Notes: generated by a model not told the origin, from the letters alone. A stretch of 64,000 nucleotides of DNA from a bacterium (GCA_965261085.1 OZ253442.1:3808001-3872000), one strand, 5' to 3'; positions 50,796-61,349 are shown, numbered from the stretch's first letter. Translations and numbers: made by a program.

Positions 50796-52364
50796 TTAGC
50801 CTTGTTGTTTCCGCATGAGGGGGAAAAGGATCACATCTCGAATCGAATGTGTATTCGTCAGCAGCATCGCGAGCCTATCTATTCCGATTCCCTCACCCGC
50901 CGTAGGCGGGAGGCCGTATTCCAGGGCCGTGAGATAATCCCAGTCAATTTCATGCGCTTCCTCATCGCCGGCCTTCCTCGCCGCTTCTTGTTGCTCGAAG
51001 CGCGCCCGCTGATCGTCCGGATCATTCAACTCCGTATAAGCGTTGGCAATCTCGCGCCCGGCGATGATGAGTTCAAACCGCTCCACGATATCGGGGTCGT
51101 CTTCCCGGCTCTTGGACAACGGTGAAAGGGCTTTTGGGAAATCATAGATAAAAGTGGGCTGCCTGAGTTTCGGCTCCACCAATTCTTCGAAAAGATACTC
51201 CAGGATGTGCGCATGGCTCATCTCACCCGGTACGGGGTAACCCTTGGGCGCTGCGATTTTTCGCGCAAAAAGGCGTGCTTTTTCTTCAGCTTCCAATACT
51301 TCGCTCGGCGCGCCGCCCACCGTCACGATGGAATCGCGCCATTTATATCGAGTCCAAGGCGCCTGAAACGATATCGCCTCGTCCCCATAATCCAGCACAT
51401 CACCGCCCAGGATATCTCGAGCCAGCGAGACCACCATCTTTTCCGTCAATACCATCAGATCATTATAGTCCGCATACGCCATATAGAATTCCAACATCGT
51501 GAACTCGGGGTTGTGCTGTGTGGATATGCCTTCATTTCTGAAATTTCGGTTAATCTCATAGACACGATCCATTCCACCCACAACCAGGCGCTTGAGGTAG
51601 AGCTCGGGCGCCACGCGAAGATACAAAGGCATTTCCAGGGTATTGTGGTAGGTGGTGAACGGTCTGGCCGTCGCCCCGCCGGCGATGGCCTGCATCATCG
51701 GGGTTTCGACTTCCAGGAAATTCAATTCATCCAAAAAACGGCGTATCAACTGAATCATCCGGGTGCGCACCCGAAACACTTCGACCACGCCGGGGTTTGC
51801 AATCAAATCCACATACCGCTGTCGGTAACGCGACTCCAAATTTTGCAGACCATGCCATTTTTCCGGCAGCGGCCTCAAACTTTTCGTCAGGAGTTTTATC
51901 CGGCGCACCCAGATCGAGAGCTCGCCCGTCCTCGTGCGGAACACGCCGCCCTCCGCTCCAACGATATCGCCGATGTCGAGTTCCTTCGCAGCCTGAAAAG
52001 ACTCTTCGCCGATTTCATTCATCCGAATGAACAACTGAATCTGTCCCGTCCCGTCCCGCAGATCGACAAAGGCGACTTTCCCCTGCACCCGCTTGGCGAT
52101 GATTCTCCCCGCCACGGAATAACTCGCCTGTTTCGCCTCTTCAAAACCATCCGCCGGCACTTCATGAAACTCTTCGACGATGGCGCCAATCTGGTGCGTC
52201 GTCGAAAACCGGTTCACGAAGGGATTGGCTCCAGATGCTCTAATCCCTTCGAGCTTTTTTCTCCGCTGCTGGGTCAAAAAATTATCATCGTCTCGCTCAT
52301 CCGGCGATGGTATCGCTTTATCCGCCACAGGGGCGCTCCTCCCATACCCTCTTTCTACGTCCAT
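50796..52364 (-). CDS. lysS: Lysine--tRNA ligase (class II)
   Basis: [37 protein letters not shown]. Confidence 0.97.
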   Translation of the reverse strand: MDVERGYGRSAPVADKAIPSPDERDDDNFLTQQRRKKLEGIRASGANPFVNRFSTTHQIGAIVEEFHEVPADGFEEAKQASYSVAGRIIAKRVQGKVAFVDLRDGTGQIQLFIRMNEIGEESFQAAKELDIGDIVGAEGGVFRTRTGELSIWVRRIKLLTKSLRPLPEKWHGLQNLESRYRQRYVDLIANPGVVEVFRVRTRMIQLIRRFLDELNFLEVETPMMQAIAGGATARPFTTYHNTLEMPLYLRVAPELYLKRLVVGGMDRVYEINRNFRNEGISTQHNPEFTMLEFYMAYADYNDLMVLTEKMVVSLARDILGGDVLDYGDEAISFQAPWTRYKWRDSIVTVGGAPSEVLEAEEKARLFARKIAAPKGYPVPGEMSHAHILEYLFEELVEPKLRQPTFIYDFPKALSPLSKSREDDPDIVERFELIIAGREIANAYTELNDPDDQRARFEQQEAARKAGDEEAHEIDWDYLTALEYGLPPTAGEGIGIDRLAMLLTNTHSIRDVILFPLMRKQQG

Positions 52365-52412
52365 AAAACCGTGCTTTCTCCATTCACTTCCCCCTGGTTC
52401 TGCCGCTGACGA

Positions 52413-53535
52413 TTACGCGCGCGTATTCGCCTTCCCTTCTATCAACGAGAGCAGGTAGGCGTCGATGAACACATCGATATTCCCATCCAACACGGCGTTC
52501 ACGTCCGAGCGTTCCACGTCGGTTCGATGATCCTTCACCATCCGGTAGGGATGCAGGATGTAGGAACGAATCTGGCTCCCGAATCCGATGGTTTTCTTCA
52601 TTGCGTGTTGCGCTACTTTTTCCGCATCACGCTTTCGCTTCTCCATTTCGTATAACTGGCCGCGCAGCATCTTCATGGCCGTAGCGCGATTCTTGTGCTG
52701 GCTCCTCTCATTTTGGCAAGAGACCACGATATTCGTCGGCAAGTGCGTGATCCTCACCGCCGAATCCGTCGTGTTCACATGCTGGCCGCCGGCGCCCGAA
52801 CTCCTGAATACATCAATCCGCAAATCGTTTTCATCAATTTCGATTTCCACATCATCCGACACCTCTGGAGCAACATCCACGGAAGCAAAAGAGGTGTGTC
52901 TCTTCGAACTGGCGTCAAACGGCGAAATTCTTATCAAACGATGCACGCCGACTTCCGCTCGAAGATACCCATAAGCATAATCCCCCTGAATGATCAGGGT
53001 AGCGTTTTTGATGCCGGCTTCATCCCCTCCAAGTATGGAAACGAGGCGCGCCTGGAATCCCTTCTCCTCCGCCCATCTCGTATACATGCGGAAGAGCATT
53101 TCGGCCCAATCCTGGCTTTCGACGCCGCCTGCTCCTGCATTCACGGAAAGGATGGCGTTGGTTCTGTCTTCCTCGGAATCCATGACCAGATGGAACTCCA
53201 GGCGCTCGGTTTCTCCCACAAGGGAGGAAAGCGCACTTTCGATATCGCTCAGGAGTTCCGACTCGAAAGTTTCTTCCATTTGGAGAAGCTGCAGAAATTC
53301 TTTCTGATCTTTGAGTCTGCCGCTGAGGTTCTCCCAGTTCCGGATCTTTTTCTCAAAAGAAGCGCGTTGCCTCAACGTGTTTTGCGCGGCTTCGGCGTCG
53401 TTCCAGAAATCCGTCTCTCCGGCGAGTTTATCGAGTTTGGCGCACTCTACCTCCAATCGATCGAGGTCAAAGCCGGCCTCGCAGTTCAAGGAGGCGCGCC
53501 TCCAGTTGCTCACATTTCTTGCATAATTCTTCCAT
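52413..53535 (-). CDS. prfB: Peptide chain release factor 2 with +1 programmed frameshift
   Basis: ATG 53535 (GGAG RBS) MEELCKKCEQLEARLLELRGRL, then CTT TGA C at 53472-53466; the +1 frame carries SPF and GGQ motifs. Confidence 0.95.
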
Positions 53536-53600
53536 CGATATCTCCAATCTTTCTAAATACAACCCTCTAACCTGTCGGCATGGAGTCCACCCGGGCGGTT

Positions 53601-55148
53601 TTAACTATCATACCACATTCGGGAGCCCCGTCTGGAGCGGAACAGCAAAACCGCAGCCAGAGAAACGAAAACACACAGATACGCGAACATATCTCCCATC
53701 CCCGCATATACTGTAGGGGCTCCTTTTTTCAGCGAAATGACATCCGCGTGTATCCACTCCTCAAAAAGGGGGCTTCTCACTCTAATCGCGCCGGTGGGGT
53801 CGATTAACGCGCTTATCCCCGTATTGGCTGAACGAATGATCGGCATACGGAATTCCACCGCCCGGAACGCCACCATCGACAGGTGCTGCTCAGAGGCCGC
53901 CGTTTTTCCGAACCATGCATCGTTCGTGATGTTGACGAGAAACTGCGCGCCCTTCATGCGCCTCACCACGCGGGGAAAAATGACCTCGAAACAGATCAAA
54001 ACGCCAAATTTCCCCTTTGCGGCGTCAAATATCTTCGGTTCTTCTCCGGATTTGAACGTCCCGATCACGGGCACCAGTTTTTCCACAAAAAACAACAGTT
54101 TGCCGAGTGGAACATATTCGCCGAAAGGCAGCAGATGCATCTTGTCGTACCGGCCGATTTCCTCGCCGTCCGGGCCGAGGAGATACGCCGAATTCGTTAA
54201 TTTGGGCCCTTTTTTCACGTCGCGCTTGCCGAGTGTTCCAAACAGCAGATAGGAATCCGCATCTCTCGCCAGTTGGCGAAGATAGCTTCTCCCGTACGCT
54301 TGTGGCCGGTAAACGAGAGGAGCCGCCGCTTCCGGCCAGACGATGAAGGGAGGGGTGGAGGATTCGTTCTTCGGAAAACGCCCTCTCAAGTCCTTCGTCA
54401 ATTTCCCCATCTTTTCGAGGATGCCCTTTTTCCAGCGGGGAGACCATTTCACGGACTGATCGACGTTTCCCTGAACGATGCCGACCGCGCGCGCAGCACC
54501 CGCCGTTTCGATAGGCACTTCGTGGAGACGCAAATAACCATAGCCCCACACGAGCGCCGCCATGAGAGAAACGCCGATGACGACGGCGTAGGGCGCCTTT
54601 CGCGGAAAACGGAAAAAATGCCAGATCGCCGCGTTCACGAACACGATAAAGAACGACACGCCATACACGCCCACCAGATCGGCGATTTGAATGACATGCA
54701 AATAGCGATACTGGCTATACCCCAGCAAAGCCCACGGGAAACCGGACATAAAATAGGCGCGCAAGAGCTCCAGAGAGACCCACATAGGCGCCGCGATGAG
54801 AAACGTGAGAAAAGTGCCGCCTGAATGTATGCGCACCATGAAAAATGCAAATAATGCCGGGTACAAAGCCAGATAAAGCGCGAGGACGGCGGTAATCAGC
54901 CAGGCGAGAGCCGCCGGCAGTCCCCCGTAAGTGGCCATGGAAATCTTCACCCACCAGATGATGATTCCGAACGAAACCAGCCCGGTCAGCAACCCCAGGA
55001 AAAACGCTTGGTGTGGTTTTTTGCCTTCCAGCACCCATAGAAGGGGGACGAGCGCGATCCAGGCCAAAATCTCGAACTGAAACGGCGGATACAAAGACGC
55101 CAGCAAAAGACCCGAGAATATGGAAAATCCTATGTCCTTCGCTTTCAA
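53601..55148 (-). CDS. lnt: Apolipoprotein N-acyltransferase
   Basis: GFPW..LGYSQ, VQGN, WPE, KMHLLPFGEY, ICFE, TNDAWF, ANTGIS. Confidence 0.95.
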   Translation of the reverse strand: MKAKDIGFSIFSGLLLASLYPPFQFEILAWIALVPLLWVLEGKKPHQAFFLGLLTGLVSFGIIIWWVKISMATYGGLPAALAWLITAVLALYLALYPALFAFFMVRIHSGGTFLTFLIAAPMWVSLELLRAYFMSGFPWALLGYSQYRYLHVIQIADLVGVYGVSFFIVFVNAAIWHFFRFPRKAPYAVVIGVSLMAALVWGYGYLRLHEVPIETAGAARAVGIVQGNVDQSVKWSPRWKKGILEKMGKLTKDLRGRFPKNESSTPPFIVWPEAAAPLVYRPQAYGRSYLRQLARDADSYLLFGTLGKRDVKKGPKLTNSAYLLGPDGEEIGRYDKMHLLPFGEYVPLGKLLFFVEKLVPVIGTFKSGEEPKIFDAAKGKFGVLICFEVIFPRVVRRMKGAQFLVNITNDAWFGKTAASEQHLSMVAFRAVEFRMPIIRSANTGISALIDPTGAIRVRSPLFEEWIHADVISLKKGAPTVYAGMGDMFAYLCVFVSLAAVLLFRSRRGSRMWYDS

Positions 55149-57058
55149 TGTTTGCTTGTCTGAGAAGCGCTTTCCCCAGCTCCTTCGATAAAGGCGCTCT
55201 CGCCCCCGAGTTTTTCCCGCAAGGCGGCCACGAGTTTCGGCGTAACGCCCTCTACTTCCAGGAGCTTGAAATCGCTCGCTTCCAATACGCCTCTCAAACT
55301 CCCAAACGTCCGCAATAGCGCGCGCCTGCGCTTTGGGCCCAAACCGGGCACATCATCCAGACCACTCTTGATTGCAGTGCGTCTGCGCCGCGTCCGGTGG
55401 AACGTCAGGACGAACCGGTGCACCTCGTCGCGGATTTTTTGCAGCATGAGTTTGGACGCGCTTCCCTCTTTCATTTGAATGGGGTCCGACTGACCGGGCA
55501 GGAAAATCACATCCTGCGCTTCGGGGTTCCCGGAACTCCTGCCCTTCGCAATCGCGCACAACGCCACATCCGCCACGCCGAGTTCCTCGAGCGCCGAGGC
55601 GGCCGATGAGAGTTGCCCCTTCCCGCCGTCGATAAGCAGAAGATCGGGCATCTCGCCCCCTTCGTTCACCAGACGCTCCAGGCGCCTGAAAACGATCTCG
55701 CGCATGGAGGAATAATCATCGGGGGATTCCGCCACGCTCCTGATCTTGTAGCGACGATAACCATCTTTCAACGAGCGCCCTTCCTGGAACATGACGCTGG
55801 CGCCGACGATGTTACTCCCCTGCAGATTCGATACGTCGAACGCTTCAATCCGCACCGGCAGCTCCTCGAGCCCCAACGCCTGCCGAATTTCCTCGAGTGT
55901 TTGCTGTTCCTTGCTGACCAGGGCGTTTTCCTGCTCCTGGGCATGCGATGCGTTCTCGCTCGCCATCTCGACCAGCCGGCGCTTGTCTCCCCGGCGGGGA
56001 TGAAAAACGGACACTTTTTTGCCCCGTTTCTCGGACAGCCATTGCGCGATGAGCGAAGCATCATTCACTGAAGAGGGCAAAAGCACTTCATTGGGGAAAA
56101 ACGTCTTGCCAGCGTAATACTGCTTCACGAACGCGGAGACGACTTCTCCGTCGGGAACGCCTTCTCGAGCGGCCACATGAAATCCCTGGTCTCCCAGCAG
56201 CCTGCCGCCCCGAATAAAAAACATGCGGAACGTCGCTTTCTCTCCCTCACGATGGCAGCCGAGCACATCCTGATCGCCCCCTTTTACGGAAAGCATCGTC
56301 TGCCGCTCGGTGACGTGCTCGATACCTTGAATCTGATCCCTCACCTTGGCGGCGGCTTCATATTGCAGTTCCTGAGAGTATCCCTGCATCTGTTTCTTGA
56401 GTCTTCGAACCAACTCCTGATTTTTCCCTTTCAGGAAATCAAGCGCGTCGTCAACGCCGCCTCTATACGATTCCCGGCTTTGATAATCATCACACGGCCC
56501 CAGGCACTGGCCCATTTGAAAATAGATGCACCGCTTCGCCGTTTTATCTTCCAAACCACCCGTGCAGGGCCTGATATGAAACGTCTTTTGTAAAAAGCGA
56601 ATCGTGCGTCTCAGGCTGCTCGCCGACGGGAAGGGCCCCAGGTAGGAATCGCCGTCTCCCGCCGGGCGGCGAACGATGCTCAGGCGGGGGTAATCCTCAC
56701 TCGTACTCAGCTTCATGTAGGGAAAATGTTTGTCGTCGCGCAACAGCACGTTGTGGCGGGGCTTGTGCTTTTTCACATAATTGCTTTCGAGGATGAGCGC
56801 CTCGATTTCATTGGCCGTCACAATGTGCTCTATCGTGGTAGATTCCTCCACCATTTTCTGAATCCAGGGACCCCGGCCGGTCCTTTTTGCAAAATAACTG
56901 CGCACCCGGCTTCTCAGGCGCAACGCCTTACCGACGTAGAGCACATCTCCCGTTCGGTTCCTGAAAATGTATATCCCCGGTTTTTCGGGCAAAGACTTCA
57001 AAAACGAGCGGTCCTCTCCCACGGAAACCAGGCCGGGAGAAAGCACGGAATCACTCAT
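55145..57058 (-). CDS. uvrC: Excinuclease ABC subunit C
   Basis: GIY...[27 protein letters not shown], HhH. Confidence 0.97.
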   Translation of the reverse strand: MSDSVLSPGLVSVGEDRSFLKSLPEKPGIYIFRNRTGDVLYVGKALRLRSRVRSYFAKRTGRGPWIQKMVEESTTIEHIVTANEIEALILESNYVKKHKPRHNVLLRDDKHFPYMKLSTSEDYPRLSIVRRPAGDGDSYLGPFPSASSLRRTIRFLQKTFHIRPCTGGLEDKTAKRCIYFQMGQCLGPCDDYQSRESYRGGVDDALDFLKGKNQELVRRLKKQMQGYSQELQYEAAAKVRDQIQGIEHVTERQTMLSVKGGDQDVLGCHREGEKATFRMFFIRGGRLLGDQGFHVAAREGVPDGEVVSAFVKQYYAGKTFFPNEVLLPSSVNDASLIAQWLSEKRGKKVSVFHPRRGDKRRLVEMASENASHAQEQENALVSKEQQTLEEIRQALGLEELPVRIEAFDVSNLQGSNIVGASVMFQEGRSLKDGYRRYKIRSVAESPDDYSSMREIVFRRLERLVNEGGEMPDLLLIDGGKGQLSSAASALEELGVADVALCAIAKGRSSGNPEAQDVIFLPGQSDPIQMKEGSASKLMLQKIRDEVHRFVLTFHRTRRRRTAIKSGLDDVPGLGPKRRRALLRTFGSLRGVLEASDFKLLEVEGVTPKLVAALREKLGGESAFIEGAGESASQTSKH

Positions 57059-59064
57059 GTCGCGATTTTGGAGGGTTTCAGGCCAAGCTGCCGACGCTCG
57101 ATGGCGAGAATTTTATCGCGAATCTCGGCAGCCCGCTCAAATTCTAGCTTCTGAGCCGCCTCATGCATTTGGGCGCGAAGCTCATCCAACGCCGATGCGT
57201 CCATCTCGGAAAATAGTGGCGCTTCCATCTCTTCCCACCCGAGGGCATCGCCGTAACCCCGTTCGCCGGACGCTTCCAAAAGCTCATCCATCCTGCGGCT
57301 GATGGAACGGGGAACAATCCCGTTCGTTTCGTTGTAAGCGATTTGGATACTCCTTCTCCTATCCATCTCGTCCAGTGCGCGGAGCATGCTGTCGGTGATG
57401 CGATCCGCATACATGATGACCCGGCCATCGATGTGCCTCGCCGCGCGGCCCGAGGTCTGGATCAAAGAAGTTTCCGAGCGCAAAAACCCTTCCTTGTCCG
57501 CATCGAATATGGCGACGAGAGCGACTTCGGGCAAATCCAATCCCTCTCGCAGTAAATTGATGCCGATCAGCACGTCAAAAACGCCCGAGCGCAGATCGCG
57601 AATTATCCGCACCCGCTCGAGTGTGTCGATATCGCTGTGCAAATACCGGACCCGGACCCCTAAATCTTCATAGTATTCCGTTAAATCCTCGGAAAATCTC
57701 TTCGTCAGGGTGGTGACGAGCGCCCGGTCCCCCATAGCAGCCACCTTGCGCACCTCGGCGAGCAGGTCGTCCACCTGTCCCTGCACCGGGCGAATCTCCA
57801 CAGGGGGATCGACCAAACCGGTGGGCCTCAACAACTGTTCCACAACAACGCCTTCGCTTTTCTCCAGTTCGTAGGGCCCGGGAGTCGCCGAAACATAGAT
57901 CGTGTTCTTCAGGATCGCCTCGAACTCTTTTATTTCAAGCGGGCGATTATCCAAAGCCGACGGCAGCCTGAAGCCATACGACACCAGGGTTTCCTTGCGG
58001 GAACGATCTCCTCGGTACATCCCCCGCAACTGGGGGATGCTTTGATGGCTCTCGTCTATCACCACCAGATGATCCCGGGAGAAATATGAAAACAAGGTCG
58101 CGGGCGGCTCGCCCGTCAAGCGCCCGTCGAGGTGTAAGCTGTAGTTTTCCACCCCGTGGCAGTAGCCCACTTCCCTGAGCATTTCGATGTCTTGTAAGGT
58201 TCGCTGCTGCAGGCGCTGCGCTTCATAGGATTTGTCTTGGGCATTCAACTCCGCCACCTGCTCCCACAACTCCCGCTGAATGGATTCGATGGCGGTCGAG
58301 AGCCTCTCCTCGGGCGTGATGTAGTGGCTGTTGGGGTAAATCTCCACCCGATCGAGTTTTCTTAAAGCGATTCCCCGCAGCGGCTCGATTTCCGTGATGC
58401 CGTCGATTTCCTCCCCAAAAAACTCCACGCGAATCGCTTGCTCTTCTTCGTGGGCGGGGATAATTTCGACGACATCGCCACGCGCGCGAAAAGAAGCGCG
58501 ACGCAAAGCCGCATCCGAACGCCGATACTGAATTCTTATCAGTTGCGTGAGCAACTCCTCGCGGTCCATTTCCATGCCGACGGAAATATTGATGTGGAGA
58601 TCGAAATAATCGGCCGGCGAACCCAGCCCATAGATGGAACTCACGCTCGCCACCACGATGACGTCTTCGCGCATCAAGGCGGAGCGCGTCGCCGCGTGCC
58701 TCAGGCAGTCCAGCTCATCGTTGATGGAAGCATCTTTTTCGATGAACGTATCCGTGGTCGGGACATAGGCTTCCGGCTGATAGTAGTCATAATAACTGAC
58801 GAAATACTCTACCGCGTTGTTGGGGAAAAACCCCTTGAATTCATTATAAAGTTGTGCGGCCAGGGTTTTGTTATGGGCGATGACGAGCGTGGGTTTCCCC
58901 ATCTTCGCGATGACGTTCGCCACCGTGAACGTCTTGCCGGAGCCGGTGACGCCCAAGAGAACCTGATGCTTCTGGCCCTCTTCGAACTGACGGACGATGT
59001 CGTCTATCGCCTCGGGCTGATCGCCCGTGGGAGAGAATTCCGAATGGAGCTCGAAGCTACTCAT
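57055..59064 (-). CDS. uvrB: Excinuclease ABC subunit B
   Basis: [23 protein letters not shown]-terminal UVR domain. Confidence 0.98.
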   Translation of the reverse strand: MSSFELHSEFSPTGDQPEAIDDIVRQFEEGQKHQVLLGVTGSGKTFTVANVIAKMGKPTLVIAHNKTLAAQLYNEFKGFFPNNAVEYFVSYYDYYQPEAYVPTTDTFIEKDASINDELDCLRHAATRSALMREDVIVVASVSSIYGLGSPADYFDLHINISVGMEMDREELLTQLIRIQYRRSDAALRRASFRARGDVVEIIPAHEEEQAIRVEFFGEEIDGITEIEPLRGIALRKLDRVEIYPNSHYITPEERLSTAIESIQRELWEQVAELNAQDKSYEAQRLQQRTLQDIEMLREVGYCHGVENYSLHLDGRLTGEPPATLFSYFSRDHLVVIDESHQSIPQLRGMYRGDRSRKETLVSYGFRLPSALDNRPLEIKEFEAILKNTIYVSATPGPYELEKSEGVVVEQLLRPTGLVDPPVEIRPVQGQVDDLLAEVRKVAAMGDRALVTTLTKRFSEDLTEYYEDLGVRVRYLHSDIDTLERVRIIRDLRSGVFDVLIGINLLREGLDLPEVALVAIFDADKEGFLRSETSLIQTSGRAARHIDGRVIMYADRITDSMLRALDEMDRRRSIQIAYNETNGIVPRSISRRMDELLEASGERGYGDALGWEEMEAPLFSEMDASALDELRAQMHEAAQKLEFERAAEIRDKILAIERRQLGLKPSKIAT

Positions 59065-59153
59065 GAAGGGTCCTCTGCCTCCGGCTAAGGCGGCTCGAAA
59101 AATCGAGCGGAAGATAGTCTAACGGATTAAGGCAGACACATAAACCCTAAGAT

Positions 59154-59681
59154 TCAAGCGGATTGAACTGGGTGGAGGTATTTTTCCCATGCATGCTGCA
59201 CTGTTCGAGGAAACCGATGGTTCAGGTGCTGCAATATGAACGATTTTGGTTTTCGGGGCTGCTTGTTCAGCTTCAGGCCCGCCTCATCGGGCGTGCGGTC
59301 TCCTTTTTTCGCATTGCATCTCCGGCAACTGCAAACCGCATTCTCCCATGTGGAGCGGCCGCCACGGGAACGCGGCAACACATGATCCACCGTTAAATAT
59401 CCACCTTTCGCACCGCAATACTGACAGGTGTTCTCGTCGCGACGCATCACATTTTTTTTACTGAACGGAATCTGGCTTCGGCGAGGAACATATACATACG
59501 TTCTCAGCCGTATGACGGCGGGGAGGTGAAACTCCATCGCCTCGCTCCGGACGATCAGGCCATTCGTCTCGATGGTATCCGCTTTTCCGGTGATCATCAT
59601 GCGAATCGCACGACGAGCGTTGCAAACATTTATCGGCTCATATGTATGGTTGAGCACCAAAACACGCGATTGCTCGATCAC
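59154..59681 (-). CDS. HNH endonuclease (McrA/HNH_5-like)
   Basis: VLVLN..YEP, RRD..TCQYCG, TVDHVLPRSRGG..TWEN...C..CN..KG. Confidence 0.9.
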   Translation of the reverse strand: MIEQSRVLVLNHTYEPINVCNARRAIRMMITGKADTIETNGLIVRSEAMEFHLPAVIRLRTYVYVPRRSQIPFSKKNVMRRDENTCQYCGAKGGYLTVDHVLPRSRGGRSTWENAVCSCRRCNAKKGDRTPDEAGLKLNKQPRKPKSFILQHLNHRFPRTVQHAWEKYLHPVQSA

Positions 59682-59780
59682 CCTATACGCTCCCCTTGAA
59701 ACAAGTGGGCGACGGGATACAAACCACTATTTGCGCATCCCTTTATGTAGACCTCGCCTGTCCTTGTCAACGAGCAATCG

Positions 59781-59972
59781 TTTTTTTCAGACATTGCGAA
59801 ACCGACCTCGCAAATTTATAATGGTCGGTCTTCGCCAAACGGCGAAGAAACGCCTCACGAATTCATCTCTCCAAAGAGGAAAACCCCGTTGTCGCCCCGT
59901 TCCGGACGCGGAAGAATAATCCTCCTCACGCTAGGCGCCCTGGCCATTGCTTGCGGACTGGGTATCGGCGCG
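59781..59972 (+). repeat. Direct repeat copy 1 (192 bp): PBP1A promoter plus first 28 codons
   Basis: Aligns ungapped with 61158-61349 (offset 1377), 10 mismatches by manual count. Confidence 0.95.
59794..59822 (+). promoter_or_regulatory. Sigma70-type promoter TTGCGA-N17-TATAAT with overlapping palindrome TTGCGA-N8-TCGCAA (copy 1)
   Basis: Read directly; boxes identical at 61171-61199. Confidence 0.7.
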
Positions 59973-59990
59973 TTAGGAACGCAGTGTTAG
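59889..59990 (+). pseudogene. Truncated 5' fragment of the PBP1A gene (33-aa ORF, TM anchor only)
   Basis: TTG start with AGGA RBS; MSPRSGRGRIILLTLGALAIACGLGIGA followed by LGTQC* from inserted DNA. Confidence 0.8.
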
Positions 59991-60101
59991 ATATAGTTGA
60001 CCGAATATCCCCAGATCATTACATTGGCACAAGCTGGCAATAATCTACGGCAACCATTCAACGCCCACAAAGGAGTGCTGGGAAATCACAAGGAGTATAA
60101 A

Positions 60102-60362
60102 ATGGAGTACCATGAAGTAAATATCCCCATCCCAAACAATCCTCCCATCAAGGGATTAGATATTCCTATCGACAATTCTAATGAGAAATTCAATGAATAC
60201 ACATTGAATGATGGAACAATCTTGCGGGTCAAATTAGTTATTTCTGCGGTTATAAGAGCAAATGACCAATGGGACACAGAAGGGCATCCAATATACACCA
60301 TCCTAAGCCATAATGTCGTTCGCGTAGTGCAATCACACCCATCACTCCGGCAAAGAAGATAG
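60102..60362 (+). CDS. Hypothetical small protein (86 aa), first gene of the islet cassette
   Basis: AAGGAG RBS; E.FNEYTLNDGTILRVKLVI..V.R...WD.EG.PIY, apparently beta-rich; no function recognised. Confidence 0.75.
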   Translation: MEYHEVNIPIPNNPPIKGLDIPIDNSNEKFNEYTLNDGTILRVKLVISAVIRANDQWDTEGHPIYTILSHNVVRVVQSHPSLRQRR

Positions 60363-60367
60363 GTGAG

Positions 60368-60757
60368 ATGAAAATAACTATTGAGTATCCTTCAGGCATA
60401 GAACAGAATGGTTGGGAAAAATGGACGACCCAAAAAGAAAAATCTGATGAACCAACACGTTCATGTTTCCAAATCGAAGTAGGGGAAGCGCCTCTTGGGA
60501 ATGGAGATTTTATTAATCCTAAATCACCACCCCTCATATTCTATTTTTTCTCAAATGATGAAAAGCCTTATTATGAAATAGAGCATGAAGAATTGAATAT
60601 CTCCGTTTATGGGGATAGCTTGAAAGAAATAGAGAAAATGCTCTACGAGGAAATAGCGTTTTTGTGGGAATCTTATGCTTTAGAAGATGACGCGAATATG
60701 ACCTCTGCTGCTCAAGAATTAAAGAAGCGTTTACTCGAAACATTTAAAGTGAGCTGA
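60368..60757 (+). CDS. HicB-like antitoxin-fold protein
   Basis: YEIEHEELNISVYGDSLKEIEKMLYEEIAFLWESY resembles the HicB partial RNase H fold (G.S/T.EEA...); acidic; no obvious C-terminal DNA-binding domain. Confidence 0.6.
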   Translation: MKITIEYPSGIEQNGWEKWTTQKEKSDEPTRSCFQIEVGEAPLGNGDFINPKSPPLIFYFFSNDEKPYYEIEHEELNISVYGDSLKEIEKMLYEEIAFLWESYALEDDANMTSAAQELKKRLLETFKVS

Positions 60758-61041
60758 TGGCGCAACGTGAAAGCAGGGTTATTAAAAGTCAACTATCTCG
60801 AAAAGGTTTTCAGGAAGACGATAGACACCACGTCTACCTCACTTACAAGACCTTGGACGGCAAAAAATCAGATATCAAAACAAGACTGAGTCAGGGCAGC
60901 AATGAAACTATCCAAACGCGCCTGCTGGGTAAAATGGCCCGACAATGCCATTTGAATATCAACCATTTTTTAAGGCTGGTCGATTGTGATATGGAGCAAG
61001 ATGAATACGAACAACATCTCAGGGACAACTACAAAATCTAG
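60757..61041 (+). CDS. HicA-like mRNA interferase-fold protein
   Basis: L.RKGF...D.HH.Y....DGK.....T..S.G...I...LL.KMARQC.L....F; dsRBD-like HicA pattern; TGATG overlap with the upstream gene. Confidence 0.62.
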   Translation: MAQRESRVIKSQLSRKGFQEDDRHHVYLTYKTLDGKKSDIKTRLSQGSNETIQTRLLGKMARQCHLNINHFLRLVDCDMEQDEYEQHLRDNYKI

Positions 61042-61090
61042 TCGACGTCATTGTAGCACCGCACGTCGACCTGGTCCCGATTTCCTCTCC

Positions 61091-61147
61091 TCTTAGTTTG
61101 GATCTGGCCCTCCTCTCGCTCGGTGGAGGGCCAGATCCAGACTGAGA
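61091..61147 (+). other. 23-bp stem hairpin (two G-U pairs, 11-nt loop) at the islet 3' end
   Basis: TCTTAGTTTGGATCTGGCCCTCC / GGAGGGCCAGATCCAGACTGAGA. Confidence 0.8.
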
Positions 61148-61157
61148 CACTACCTGC

Positions 61158-61349
61158 TTTTTTCCAGACATTGCGAAAAGGGCGTCGCAAATTTATAATG
61201 GTCGGTCTTCGCCAAAGGGCGGAGAAACGCCTCACGAATTCATCTCTCCAAAAAGGAAAACCCCGTTGTTGCCCCGTTCCGGACGCGGAAGAATAATCCT
61301 CCTCACGCTAGGCGCCCTGGCCATCGCTTGCGGACTGGGTATCGGCGCG
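61158..61349 (+). repeat. Direct repeat copy 2: functional PBP1A promoter and 5' end
   Basis: See copy 1. Confidence 0.95.

Larger units (their letters stand above)
59973..61349. mobile_element. 1377-bp AT-rich islet inserted in the 5' end of the PBP1A gene, carrying a replacement promoter and 5' end
   Basis: Flanking 192-bp duplication, abrupt AT-rich composition, three tightly packed small ORFs, no recombinase inside. Confidence 0.75.

Noticed and set aside
59972-61147. Integron gene cassette (left junction reads G|TTAGGAA)
   Set aside because: The core is not a full GTTRRRY match, there is no RYYYAAC inverse core or attC after the last gene, and the 192-bp duplication is not an integron feature.
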